Source: Chiloscyllium plagiosum
Taxonomy: Eukaryota
Length of the DNA stretch: 64,000 bases
Reading direction: 5' to 3'
NCBI RefSeq assembly: GCF_004010195.1
Contig: NC_057723.1
Coordinates: forward strand, 39,902,119-39,966,118
The notes below the pieces were generated by a model. It had not been told where the DNA came from. It made no database searches and was given only the letters and a program-made list of their open reading frames with translations. Shown here in pieces: positions 12,395-25,585 of this stretch (position 1 is its first letter; every line of letters begins with the position of its first letter). The position numbers were made by a program, and so were the translations under genes.

Positions 12395-13050
12395 CATGTT
12401 CACTGGGTAATAGGGAAGGCAAATAGAATATTCACTTTTATTTCAAAGAGAATGGAATTTAACTGTAGGGTGATTTTGATAAAGCTTTACAAGGTACTAG
12501 TCAGGCAAAAGCTGGAATTCTGTGATCGATTTTGGGCCCTTTATTAATAAAAGCTATACTGGCATTGGAGGCAGTGCAGAGAAGGTTCAGTTGCTAAATT
12601 GCTCGCAGGTATGGAGGGACTATCTTCTGAGGAGAGGTTGAGTAGATTAGGCCTGTGCTCATTCAAATATAAAAGAATGAGAGGTGGCCTTATTGAAACA
12701 TGCAAAATTTTTAAAGAACTTGACAATGTAAATACAGGAAGGTTGTTTCCCCTATGGAAAAGTCAAGGACCACAAGGCAAAATCTCAAATATGGAATCGT
12801 ACATTTAAGATAGAGATGAGGAGACATTTCTTCTCTCAGACGTTTGTGAAACTGTGGAATTCTTACAGCAGAGGGCTGTTTGGTTGGCTCATTAGGTAAC
12901 TGTAAGGCTGAAGTAGGCAGATTTTTAATCTGTAATGGAACCAAGGGTTATGAGAAAAGATAGGAAAGTGGAATTGATGATTATCAGGTCATCAATGATC
13001 TTGTTAAATGGCAGAGCAGCTTAGATGGGCTGTGCAAGCAACATTTGCTT
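12395..13050 (+). mobile_element. CR1 LINE 3' fragment, degraded
   Basis: GMEGLSSEERLSRLGLCSFKYKRMRGGLIETCKIFKELD, followed by ttctctcaga...gtgaaactgtggaattc and 3' UTR. Confidence 0.8.
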
Positions 13051-13900
13051 TTAGGGTCTAATGCTGAGGAGAAAAGAGACTATTTAAAGGGAGTAAAATA
13101 ACTTTGAAAATGTAAAGATAATGGCTTGGACTTTGTAGTCAGCAGTGAGGAATTATACTCTGCGTTCATCACATAAGAGTTGACCACAAAGTGTCTTAGT
13201 CCTTTGGGGTAGGATTTGCTCCATTCGAGCATCAGGGGTTAAGAAAAAGGATTAAGAAAGAAAGATATAAAAGAGTCCGAAAATGAGAGCAAGCATTAAT
13301 TTCTATTTAAATCTTAATCACTCATTAATGTTAGACAAAATGTGACTTGTAAAATTAAATTTTCAGAGTCAAGTAGGTGTCTAGCAGTGAATACTATTTT
13401 TCACAACCTATAAACTCAATTACAGCTAAATGCATCTACTTAATCTTTTATGGCATCTTTAGTGGGATCTAGTGACCAAATACCACAAGTTTCTGCTGTT
13501 ACATTGATTTTAGTGTCAAGTCTACTGATGGGGATTGTTATGGACAATTACACTTTCCAAAGAGAGCATCAGCAATCCTTCAGCAGTTGCCCCAACACTA
13601 CTGGTATTTTTTCTTGGGTCAATTTCTAGTTACCTGTGGCAGAGAAAAGCTGGCTGAGCATTTTCTCACTCACATGAGTGTTGTCAATCAAGTGTTATGG
13701 GCCAGTGAATGGGATGCCAATGTTTTTCTTTCTTGAAGTGGTAATGAGCAAACCTCTATCAGGGTGGGGATCTGGATTAGACTGACATACTTTGCTTTCT
13801 GCATAGTGGAGGAAAACTGAGCCCTTGAAATGAGCCTAGCTCAACTAACAGTCAGAAAAGCATTCCAATAAAAAAAAATTGTATGAGTATACTTATGAGT

Positions 13901-14191
13901 ATACAGGCTAAGCAAAGACATGCCAGAGAATTCCTAGAGGCCTGGCACTCCAACCACAACACCATAAACAAACACATAGATCTAGATACCATCTATCAAC
14001 CCCTCAGAAAACGAACAGGAAATGACATCACTGCAAACCCCAGGAACCCCATCCAGGACAAACATATAAATAGAAAGCAGGAGACAACAGCTTCGCTTCA
14101 CTTGGAGGTCGCCACTGATGATGTTACCTAGCCAGGTAATGAAACGTCTGGATATCAAACCTACAGCTCAGCGAGCAAACCTACACCCTAA
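13901..14191 (+). mobile_element. 5'-truncated PLE (GIY-YIG C-terminus plus hammerhead) with 15-bp TSD
   Basis: QAKQRHAREFLEAWHSNHNTINKHIDLDTIYQPLR. TSD agtatacttatgagt (13886-13900) / agtatacttataagt (14192-14206). Confidence 0.88.
14112..14151 (+). ncRNA. Minimal type I hammerhead ribozyme motif (PLE-associated)
   Basis: CCA-CTGATGA-T-GTTACCT-agcc-AGGTAAT-GAAAC-GTC-TGG. Stem I CCA/TGG, 7-bp stem II, palindromic ACGT stem III, GUC triplet. Confidence 0.8.
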
Positions 14192-14804
14192 AGTATACTT
14201 ATAAGTTTACATGGCAGTTTCAATTCTCTGTTTGTTGTAACAACAGTGCTGATTTAATTTGGAACTAGTCAATTGTGTTAGATATCAGATAAGAGAATGC
14301 TATCAAGCAGCAGATGGCCAATGGTAGGGTCAAAGGAACAGGCACTATTAATATTGGACTTACTCGTTGGCAGGTTTGAAAACGGCATGAAGAAACCAGC
14401 AGGTGGTCTTGCCAGCTGCCCCGGCCTGATGAATATTTTGGTTGTAGCGCGAATGGTTTTTCACGGCCAATGTGCCCTAGGGTCAATTATATGGCTATTA
14501 ATAGCTGCATAACAGCTTCACCCACTTTTGTTAGGGTGGCCCAACAAATGGGAAGCCTCACAACTCACACTTTGTGGGAAGGCTGGGCAAGAGGGCGGAT
14601 CCTGTTTGAGGCGTCTCCCCACCCCTGGCGCCCTACAAGCTGGTTAACCACCCATCTTTCTCTCATTAACAGGATCCCCTCAAACACCTCCTCAACTGCC
14701 CTCACATGCCTTTTCTTTGCCACAGCTTTTTAATTAAAAACATAGTCATGGAGATAGCCAATCCCAATGTCATGCTAAAGCCTGACCAGTCAGTATCCAC
14801 TTGT

Positions 14805-15850
14805 CTGATCATTGATTTCAGAAAGACAGGAGAAGAATACACCCCCATCTTCATCAACAGAGCAGATGTTGAGAGGATGGAGCGCATCGAGTTCCAGGAA
14901 GTGACAATAACTGACAACTTGTCCTGGACTTTCCACGTAGATCCAACGGTCAAGAAGGCACAACAATGCCTCTTCTTCCTCAGGCAGCTTAGGAAATTTG
15001 ACATGTCCACAAGGATCCTCACCAACTTTTAAAGAAGCATCCTGAAACCATACTGTCTGGGTGCATAACAGCCTGGTGTGGCACCTGCTGTATCCAGGAC
15101 TGAAATTACTGAAGGATTTGTGCACAGCCCAATCCATCATGGAAGCCAACCTTCCATCTATGGGCTCCACTTACATGTCTCATTGCCAACATCATCAAAG
15201 ATCTACCCCATGTCAATAGTGCTCTCCTACAACCTCTTCTGTCAGGCAGAAATGCAGAAGCTTGGACACACTCACCAACAGCTTCTTCCCAGTCATTATT
15301 AGAAAGGGTGGCACGGTGGCTCAGCAGTTAGCACTGCTGCCTCACAACACCAGGGTCCCAGGTTCGATTCCAGCCTCAGGCGATCGACTGTGTGGAGTTT
15401 GCACATTCTCCCTGTGTCTGCGTGGGTTTCCTCTGGGTGCTCCGGTTTCCTCTCACTGTCCAAAGATGTGCAAGTCAGGTGAATTGGCCATGCTAAATTG
15501 CCCATAGTGTTAGGTGCATTAGTCAGAGAGGAAATGGGTCTGGTGGGTTACTCTTCGGAGGGTCGGTGTGGACTGGTCGGGCCGAAGGGCCTGATTCTCT
15601 ACTGTAGGGAATTTAATCTGATGAATGGACTCTCTAACTTCAAATAATGCTGATCTTGTCAATGTTGATCTTGCCTTGCACATGCCCTGTGTGATGAAAC
15701 CTGTATGCTTCTCAATCTTTTTTCACTCTGTGATTTGTATGTCTTTTCTTACTATGATCTGTGATTTGTATGTCTTTACTTACTATGTGCTGATTGTAAT
15801 CAAAGCTTTTCAATGTACTTTGGTACATGTGACAATAAATAAATAATTCT
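14805..15850 (+). mobile_element. Rex1/Babar LINE 3' fragment (interrupted by an HE1 SINE)
   Basis: LIIDFRK...PIFIN...VTITDNLSW..HVD..VKKAQQCLFFLRQLRKF..STRILTNF. 3' end aaagcttttcaatgtactttggtacatgtgacaataaataaa. Confidence 0.8.
15306..15619 (+). mobile_element. HE1-type SINE, full length
   Basis: gggtggcacggtggctcagcagttagcactgctgcctcac...ggttcgattcc...ctgtagggaatttaatct. Confidence 0.9.
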
Positions 15851-17557
15851 AAATAGTCTGAGAATTAAGATTGACAGGTAATGCTCTTGCTCAATCTCCA
15901 TGCCAATGATGGCACAACCAATTAACATGCTCTTTGCCTGCTGTGTAAAATGGTATCCTTTTGGTTAAGTCTGATTCTTATGGCAAGCCTCAATTTCCAG
16001 CCTCTTTTTATATTCTGTACTGAAAATTTAATATCATAAGAAATTGTGCAATTTCAGTGATTATATAAAGAATTTAAATCAAAAAGCTTAATATCTTGAA
16101 AAAGAAATGTAACTAGTTATTATTTCTATGAGAGAATCCAGATTCTAACCTCAACATAACACAAATCCAAGACTTTGAAAGAAAGCAGGGTAATCTGTCA
16201 ACTGCTAAACAGTATGAGACCCATTAGATTGAGAATGAACCCACGGTGGAGGATATCAATCCCAATGGCTTTTCCCTAATGAATTAAACATTCAAGTTAT
16301 GTTGAGATGTTGATAATGAATCCTTTTTATGTTGTATAATTGAAAGATGACGTGGAAGATAGTTGGATCAATCAGTCAATAGTGGACAATTTCCATTCAT
16401 TATCCGAATCAAGTGAGAAAGCTTCCCCATTGTAACGACATTGCCTGTTCAGTTTTGAAGATTTTTAAAAAAGATTTATTCTGGAATAGTTGGCCTCAGG
16501 TAACTGTTACGTTGGTCAAACTATATAGTCATGGTGCACCAACCAGTAAGATAGTAAAACTCAGGGTTAGCATTTCATTATCAAATTGTTGTCTTACTAA
16601 GCTGAACTCTATGATGCTGGTTGTCACCACAAGGATCCCAGGATATTGGCTTTAGCCACTTGCAATATTGATCAGTAATTTCCATTTTTTTTATTGAGGG
16701 AATTGATCATGCTATTGGAGTTGGCCATTTTTGTACTTCGAAGGGTGCAGTTTGTTGTAGATTTCACCGAAAAGTAATTTCTAACTTAGGTTTTTGTATC
16801 CATCCTATGTCTTTTAGCCCTATTTCTTCACACAAACTGTAGAGGATGCTCATCTGTACCACGAAAATGCCAGTGCTGAGTTCTGGGTCCAGTGATGTAC
16901 TGATAGATGGGAAGTGCAGTTCCCAACCTCGCAGCTAGTAGTTTCATTTACCGAAGGCTTTCGAAGTCTGCAGTGATCCACCTGGAGATGTGCATCCTCT
17001 CTGGGATGAATCCAAGAAAATAATTCTCAGCCTGTGAGCTTGGTATCTTCTTGTAATGGATACAACTCCTCATGATTAAGGCAACTGCTGCTGTTATTCC
17101 TCTTTCTGGAATTCTTCCTCCATCTAAAAGAAACTGGCAGACAATGTGATATCTGGCAGCTGGAAACTTTTTGGTAATTCAAGTGCCACAGTTCCACTGG
17201 TGATGTTCTAATCTGCTGAGCTGCGGCTGAGTTCTGCTTTGTTTCAGTGGCTGAATCTCACTAGATTTTAGACATTTTGAGCAGGGCATTGTCAGGTTAA
17301 AAAAAATCAAATTGGAGCCCTGATGAGTCATAGGACCCTGACTTACATGCCAAGCAGATTGAAATCATCCATTAAATGTCTAAGCCTAGATTTAGAAGGT
17401 GAAATACAAGTGATGAAATATTGCAATTAGAACTTGATTGGAGAATTGAGCTTTTCATAAACAGGTAATCCAGCCTGCAACAGTCATTGCGTGTGTTCTT
17501 CCAAATATTTTATTGAGTGTTAAAGGGGAAAGGTGAAGTTATATCAAGTAAATGGTC

Positions 17558-17611
17558 TCTGTGGAGAGAAATCAGAGTTAATGTTTTGAGTCGGAGGATC
17601 CTTCCTCAGAA
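17558..17611 (-). mobile_element. Short PLE pLTR remnant with degenerate hammerhead
   Basis: Minus strand reads tt-CTGAGGA-aggatcctccgactc-AAAAC-attaactctgatttctctccacag. Confidence 0.55.
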
Positions 17612-19749
17612 TGGAATCATAAATCTATAAGTTCACCTATCCATGCCACAAAACAATATAATAATTTTTAGCAAAGTATGTTTCCTCAATTTTGTTTTTA
17701 ATTTACCTTTACCAAGACTGAAATATGAATGCATATGGAACGGAAATAATGCAGTCCATTGAGTATGACGTGGGAGTGGTTAAGTGTTTTACTTTCATAG
17801 ACCCTTGATCAGAGAAACATATCATTAGATATTAGGCAGCGTGGGTATATTTTCTGAATCAAAAATACTAAGTACTGACCGTCACCACTGTACCAAAGAA
17901 AATATTATGACAGGCATGAAAATTTTATTAATATCCATTTCTCTGATTCAGTGCAAGCCTACTGATTTCAACATAGCAGAAACAGATCAGTTTCAGTGGG
18001 ATATCTTCGGTTTCAGTGGGCTGCTTTCGAAAAGAAAACTTATCAGTTTCAATAAAGATGTGGAATTTGAATAAAAAGTATTGCTTTCATATTAATTATG
18101 ACTGTAGTAACCAAGTAACTAAGTAAATATATTTATACTCAACTGGTTTTAGTTTCATCGGTTACTATGAAAACGCCTGTTCTTGGGGAATGAAAGTCTG
18201 CTTCCTTCAAACATGTGTTGACTTGAAAGAACTTGTATTGGTTTAAGGAAGAATGTACAGTGTGAACAGCAATCTTTCCTACCAAATCAAAAAATAAATA
18301 GATTATAAACTTGTAAGTCAACATGTGTGACAGTGTCTTGATATCAAACATAATATGCTCCTTAAATAACTATATTTTTATATAATAATGACACTAAGAA
18401 AGAAGGAGCAATCATTTCTTAGTATCAGTGTCTTGTTCTGAGTTACTGACTGACTTAGATTGTTGTCCATGCATTGAATATCTGAAACATTTTGAATCAT
18501 AAATGTTTATTTCATGGGTTTTACAAATTGTCTTCCTTTCCATCCATTTTTCAATATTTTCTGTCAAGCTTTAAGATTCCTAACTGTACCACGACAAAGG
18601 GCTGACAGATATTTCAATGGAATAAAGTACTTGTTTTTAATCAGTACATTTTCAATCTTTGTTTTTGTGCTTTTCACAAATCTGACAGCACCTTATTGCA
18701 CACAGGCACAGGTTAGGACAAGGACTGTATCTCTTGTCTATTTTTCAATCTGAATAATAGAATGTAAATGCAAAGTCATGAGGATGGATCACTGTAAAAA
18801 CAAAATAATTCCTCTTGGCAGCAAAGGTAAATGCGATATGATCAAATTCAGCAGGAATCTAATATAAGTACATGTTCTCAAACATGTTTTTCATCAGATT
18901 CGCAACAAGATACTAAAGTGCAAAATTTTGCATTTGTAAACAGAGCAAGAAGACTTTACATACATTTATATAATATGACATTGAAATTTGTTTACTCTTT
19001 GAAGCTGAAACTCTGCCTTGGATTTTCTTTTACATCTAGAAATTATATTTATTCCTTTGGACATTTTAACTTAAACTGGATTGCATAGTTTTTACATACA
19101 CATTGTGGAAAGAATATAACTAGAATTTAAAATGTATCTCTTGAATGCATAGTCTGGACTAGAATATCTGATAATGTTCCTGATCTGCTGCTATAACTTC
19201 TGTACAAAGTCCAGTATAAACTCTGGCAAAATGGCCTGACTTTATTGATGGTCATATTGTTTGGCTGGGGGAATTCAACCAATCTTCTGCCAAAGTTATT
19301 AGACTCAATCAGAGAGCTATAATGAAAATCCCAGATACCAATGTACAAATGAAACGAGTATGGGCATAACAAATGATCATTTAGCCAACCCAATTATTAA
19401 AAGATCACAAATTTGCTTGAGTATTTTTTTCATTTCACCAGAGCCGATATAAATCCATTCTCTCTTGAGTCAAAATTTGTCTGATTCTGTCACTGTTAAA
19501 CTGACTCCTATTTAGTCCAAAGCTAAGCTAGACATTGCCAAGTCAGGGAGATATAAATTGCACCAACCTTTTTCCAATTTTCTTTTGAACTGCTGAATTA
19601 TATTTTCAACAGTTATCATTAGATTGATCCACTTTTAAAAGCTACTTTCCTTAAATCGAACTATATTGCTTTTATGTGAATTTTAGTTGTCCTATTTAAG
19701 TGACATAATAAGGGCAATGACCAAGTTAATATATTGCAAAAGAGTGGAT

Positions 19750-20400
19750 GATAAAAATAATGGTGGAACGAAAGAAGATAAACTGAGAGAAAATCTTGAA
19801 AATCAAAGACAAATCTAGTGGTAAATTTGTTAAAGGTTAATCAATAGCATTCAAGAGAAATGTATTCCACTAAAATCAACATTCAAACTAATTACAGGGC
19901 ATTGTGAATGAATAAAGAACTTAGTAGAATATTGAATCTAAAAAAAATACATATGAGAAGTACTTAGATACTAAAGGAGAGGGAAGCAATCAGGAACACA
20001 GAGAACTTAGAAGAGAAGCAATTAGGAAGACAAAGAGAAATGAAGAAATCAAATAATTATACTTTTTTGTTTATTGTTAAAACATTCTGCAGACACATAA
20101 CTGACAAATGGATGATTACAGTAGGGATAGTCACCAAAAAGTAAAATCACTTGTGGTAGAGAAATGACAGAAGTGTTGATGAACTTGGTTGGAAATAATG
20201 AAACCCCTATGAGAGGACAGACTCTATTAAAGATTAGGATAATAATATAAAATCATTAGACAACATGGATTTCAAAAGGAATCAATATTATTGGAACCTT
20301 TTGAAGAGACATCGGAGAAGGTCCATATTTGTTAATGTGGTAGATCTCATTTATCGGAGTTTTCAAAAGGCTTTCAACATTACTGACACTTTGAATAGGT
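19750..20400 (+). mobile_element. Highly degraded CR1-like fragment
   Basis: VNVVDLIYRSFQKAF resembles CR1 RT VDVVYLDFQKAFD. Confidence 0.45.
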
Positions 20401-21009
20401 GGTGTGGGGGACAGATTGCCAGAGTGAAGGAAGAGGGTAGCACCAGCCCTTGACAAGACAATGAATGGTCTGACTGGTAGAGTGAAAGGCAGCAAGACAT
20501 GAGAGCTGAAGTCTTGAGCAGATAGTCCCAAGATGGTGACTGATTATTTACTAAATCTTCAAAATCTCAACTACTCAAATAAGGAACCAGCCTTCTTCAG
20601 AATTCCCGTTATGGCTTACACAAAAATAGTCTTTTCCTACGACTTACACAAACAAAGTCTTTTCCTAGCTTTTAACAACAGCTATTTCTGTCTCCCTCTC
20701 TGTCTTTGTTTTTCTCAATGTTCAGAGAAACAACTGTCCCTATATTGTGCCAAGATGTGACAATACAAGAAAGGCACAAAAGCATCTTGTCACAAATGAG
20801 TGGACAAAGCTTTATAGACAAGAAGGTGCCATTTCTGGTGGCAGAATCATGGTTTGCATCTGAAAAATTGGATTTGGGATCAATTAGCCTGCCTTTCATG
20901 TGCTGCTTCTGCTGCTTGGCATGGAACAAGTGCTCTACTGCAGCTTCATCAGGTGGACATCTCATTTTTAGGTATGCCTTTCTGAACTCCTTTTTGAACT
21001 GGGGTTGGT

Positions 21010-21305
21010 CTCACGGCTTGATGACGAAATGGAGGGTACGCCAAACCGTAAGATTACAGATTGTAGTTTACTACAATTCTGCTGGTTTTGATCGGCCACG
21101 GTTCCTCACGGATGCTTAGTTTTGAGTTGCTAGATCTGTTCAAAGTTTGTCTCATTTAGCATTGCTGGAGTGCTACACATGATAGAGGGTATCTGCAATG
21201 TGAAGATTGACCTTTGTCTCCATAAAGATTGCACAGTGGTTTCACCTGCTGATAATATCATGGACAGATGCATCTGTGGCACGTAGAGTGCTGAGGATGA
21301 GGTAA
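21010..21305 (-). mobile_element. CR1/L2-group LINE APE endonuclease-region fragment (second lineage)
   Basis: Minus strand resembles LILTNLPATDASVHDSI...DHHTV..ETK..LH...RTDLATQNWASMRRCGPS..AELY. Confidence 0.6.
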
Positions 21306-21908
21306 GACTTTTTATTTTCCCTGAAGCTTATTACACAAAAGAATGAAGCCAAACAACGTATCTAAATATAGTTCATATTTAGGAAGTTTTTAAAACGCAA
21401 AGCAAAACAATCTCTCATCCCATTTTCAGTTACTGCCTGAGACACAGACTCAAATCTGAAGAAATTACCCTATCCCTCTTTCTCAGGTCTTTAATTTCGA
21501 CTTAGTTCTCCTTAGTTCTTTTCTGTAAACTGTGAAATCTTCTTACACAAATACTCACAGAACGGAGAGGTTTGATTTTCAGTTTCTCATAACCTACAGA
21601 TTTCTAATCAAATACTCCTGGTTTGGAAGTTTCACAAACTAAATCTTTACACTGAGATTACTGTGCTTTCCCTGAAATATCCTCAGAGAAAATATATGCT
21701 TCTGACACAGTCAGATCTGCTCTGAACTACCCTAAACACTTTTAAACTCTGCTTTGTCTAAACTAAAATCAATTCTTGATTATCCTGAACCACCATGGTA
21801 GCCTTCAATGCTTATGACCTATAATAAACCACCAAGGTAAAAGCTATATTTTTTATTCACAGTCCAGGGTCTCTGCTGTTAGACACATACTGGATTGAGT
21901 AACTATTA

Positions 21909-23175
21909 TAGAGTCATAGAGCTGTACAGCATGGAAACAGACCCTTCGGTTCAACTCGTCCATGCCAACCAGATATCGTATTTTAATCTAGTTCTATTTG
22001 TCAGTATTTGGCCCATATCCCTCCAACCTTCCTTATTCATATACCCATCTAGATGCCTTTCAAATTTCTAATTGTACCAGCCTCCTCCACTTCCTCTGGC
22101 AGCTCATTCCATACACGCACCACCCTCTTTGTGAAAAGGTTGCCCCTTAAGTCCCTTTTAATCTATCCCCTCTCACTTTAAACCTACGCCGTCTAGTTTT
22201 GGACTTGGCTACCCTGGGGAAAAGACCTTGGATATTCAGCATATCTATGCCCCTTATGATTTTATAAACTTCTATAAGGTCACCCACATTCAGCCTCTGA
22301 CGCTTTAGAGAAAATAGCCCCAGCCTATTCAGCATCCCCGTATAGCTCAAACCCTCCAACCCTGACTAATCAATGTCCTGTACAGCTGCAACATGACCTC
22401 CCAACTCCTATACTCAATGCACTGACCAATAAAGGAAAGCATACCAAATGTCTTCTTCACTATCCTGTCTACCTGCAATTCTACTTCCAAGGAACTATGA
22501 ACCTGCACTTCAACATCTCTTTCCTCAGCAACACTCCCCAGGACCTGCTCTGATTTGTCTTTCCAAAATGCAGTACCTCACACTTATCTAAATTAAACTC
22601 CACCTGCCACTCCTCAGCCCATTGGCCCATCTGATCAAGATCCCATTGCATTCTGAAGTAACTTTTTGGCTGTCCATTGCACCCCCAATTTTGATGTCAT
22701 CTGAAAACTTACTAAATATACCTCCTATGTTCACATCCAAATTACTTATATAAATGATGAAAAGCAGTGGACCCAGCACAGATCCTTGTGGCACTCCACT
22801 GGTCACATGCCTCCAGACTGAAAAGCAACCCTCTGCCTCCTATCTTCAAGCCAATTTTGTTTCCTTATGGCTAGTTTGCCCTGTATTCCATCTGATTTAA
22901 CCTTGCTAACCAGTCCACCATGAGGAACCTTGTTGAACACCTTACTGAACTCTGTATTGATCTTGTCCACCACTCTCCCTTCACCAATCCTCTTCATTAC
23001 TTCTTCAAAAAACACAATTAATTAGTGAGACACAATTTCCCACATACAAAGCTATGTTGACTATACCTATTCAGTCCTTGCTTTCCAAATATATGTAAAT
23101 CCTGTCCCTCAGGATTCCTTACAACAACTTAACACCACTGATGTCAGGCTCACTGGTCTATAGTTCACTGGCTTG
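21909..23175 (-). mobile_element. CR1 (HER1-like) LINE 3' portion: RT plus 3' UTR
   Basis: SGVPQGSVLGPLLFIIYISNLD, KFSDD, RLGLFSLKRQRL..DLIEVYKIIRG. Tail gggtctgtttccatgctgtacagctctatgactcta. Confidence 0.9.
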
Positions 23176-23299
23176 GTTGCAGGAAAGTAATCAATTTATA
23201 CAGTACTAATATAAAATAATATTCTAAAAGTTATATTACAGATATATCAAACACCTTTCATCACACCATTAACTGTAACATAAGCACCTATAAGATGAT

Positions 23300-23740
23300 G
23301 CTTATACAATAGGAGAAAATAGAAACACCTTAGAAGTTAAATAGAATGGTGTAGAAGAGCGAAGTGATCTTGAGGTACAGGTGAACAAAATAGTTAAAGC
23401 AGCATCTCAGGTCAGTGAAGAAATTGGACACGCTAATAAAGCTCTGAGATTTAGTTCTAGAAAACTCACAAGTGGTAAAGCTGTGCTAAACATGCATAGC
23501 ACCCTGGTCAGGCAGTATTTCAAGTAGTGTGCAAGATTCTGGTCTCCATATTATCAAAGGTACATTTGAAGGTCTGCAGGAAGTCCAAAGATAATTAACA
23601 AGGAATGTCCAAAGGAAAAGAAGAATTTGGCCAAATGTAAAAGTTGAATCAATTAGGAGATTTTTCTGTAGAAAAGAGATTTGGAAATGACTTGGTTTTT
23701 AAAAGTATGAATGAGGTCAATAAAGTAGATATAGAGAGAA
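23300..23740 (+). mobile_element. Degraded CR1 RT C-terminal fragment
   Basis: gatcttgaggtacaggtg..., ctggtcaggcagtatttcaagtagtgtgcaagattctggtctccatattat resembles LVRPHLEYCVQFWSPYY. Confidence 0.55.
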
Positions 23741-24067
23741 CCACTGGGAATTTTGCCAGGACAGAACCTCTCTGCTGTGGAGATATTGGTGAATAAGGCC
23801 ATAAATCTCAGGTGATGAACCCAAACATGACACTTGACATTTTCACTGGGGAAGGAATAGGGGCAGCTTACATTTTACAGAGGCAGCTGCCCCCACTCAA
23901 GCCCAATTTTGATAGTACGGGAGTATGAAACCCAAATGTAAAATATCTCAACTTGGTGAATTTCTTTAGATAGCTAGAGCAACCCTTTGAAGAAATAAGG
24001 TACTAGATTGGATATCATCCTGGGACAACACTGGGGAGGTCAGGTGTAAGTAGGTGGAGGTCAGGTC

Positions 24068-24290
24068 AGTACAGCACAAGAACAGGTCCTTCAGCCAACT
24101 ATGATGCCCATCTAAACTAATCCTATCTGTCTGCATATAGTCTGAATCGCTCTATTCCTTGCCTGTTTGTGTGTCTGTCTCAATGCCTTTTAAACTTTTT
24201 TAACATATCTGCTTCGACCAGCTCCCCTGGCAACACGTTTCAGGCATTTACTACCCTCTGTACAGAAAACTTACCTCGCACATCTCCGGT
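24068..24290 (-). mobile_element. CR1 3' end fragment
   Basis: tacagcacaagaacaggtccttcagcc...ttcaggcatttactaccctctgt is the antisense of the QRVV..WN.LP region and 3' UTR. Confidence 0.65.
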
Positions 24291-24609
24291 TAAAGGATTA
24301 CTGCTTGCCATTTCTCTCTGGCTGCTGAATCATATTTGACGGCATCCATTATTGAAATACTGTGGCATCAGTGTAACCATGTATTATCATGGCACTTGTC
24401 ATTTCATAGTTTCATTAACATCCACAAGTGGTTGTAGACTGTTTGAAGTGGGACAATGAATTGTGATGCTTCTTGTTATGAGGGAGTGTGCACTTGACTG
24501 AAACGTTTGTTATTACATGGATTTAAGTAGATGAATACAAATATAGTCCATGTGTTTTTTTAGTCTGCATTTAACAGTTAGACCAATATAGTTTCATAGT
24601 GACCTTTAG

Positions 24610-24740
24610 ACTATAAATTCTAGATTTTTTTCAAATTCCAGTGTGCCATGCTGGGATGAAAACCTGAGTCCCCAGAACATTACCTGGGTAACTGGATTAA
24701 TAGCCTACAGGTCATACCACTACACTATCACCTCCTCTCC
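24610..24740 (-). mobile_element. SINE head fragment (12015 family)
   Basis: The reverse complement matches ggaggtgatagtgtagtggt...ccaggtaatgttctggggactcaggtttt. Confidence 0.55.
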
Positions 24741-25585
24741 CAGATTAATGTTTTTGACCTTTGAGAAAATGATGACATCAAGTGGTGGTTTGATTTTTCT
24801 AGATTTCTGGGGAATTGTACTTCACAGAAGAGGGAAGCTAACTAGTCTATTTAAAGCCCAACTTAGAGTCCATTTTCCAAAAGCACAGATAGTTTATTGT
24901 CATTGGAGCATCCCTACCTATTTCATGCCACCTTATTCTTTCTCTGCAGGCACTCTCCATGGTGAGGCACCTCACGATTGCCTGCTGTGATTGTAATGTG
25001 TATCTTTCCCAGGGACTGCTACTGGCCTGATTTCACTGCCTGTGTTTGAGAATCTGCTTGAAGGTTGTGCTGGTGGGTACCCTGCTGACATGACAGCATC
25101 CATACATGAATCTGATAGCAAGGCCCTAGAACCTGCCTGAAAATTCAGCCCTATCAGTCATGTGCTGTCCCATCTGAGCTAGCTCGGCCTGGGTTCTAAT
25201 TTTCAGAGTATTCAATGACTCCTTCAATATTTACTCTCAGGATTTCGGCATCATGTTTTATGTGATTTTTTAACAGCATGATACTGAATTCATGAAGGAG
25301 TTGTCAGAAATTTACTTAATATATCACAATGTAGCCTTGTGACCGCATTGAAAATGAATTAATTCAGATGAACTTCCTCTGATCTTTGAGGGATGTGTCC
25401 TATTGAAATGAAAATCAAATTTGGCTCATTTAAATATGGCAACCTTGAACAGTATGAGTGAAAGTGAATTGATGGACTTTGCATTCTCGTTTTGTTTGCT
25501 TGTTAATGATTATTAGTATGCCATATAGTGTTTAGAGACTAATATGACATAATGGGTTTAATATTCAGTATTTCTCTCTAAATAG

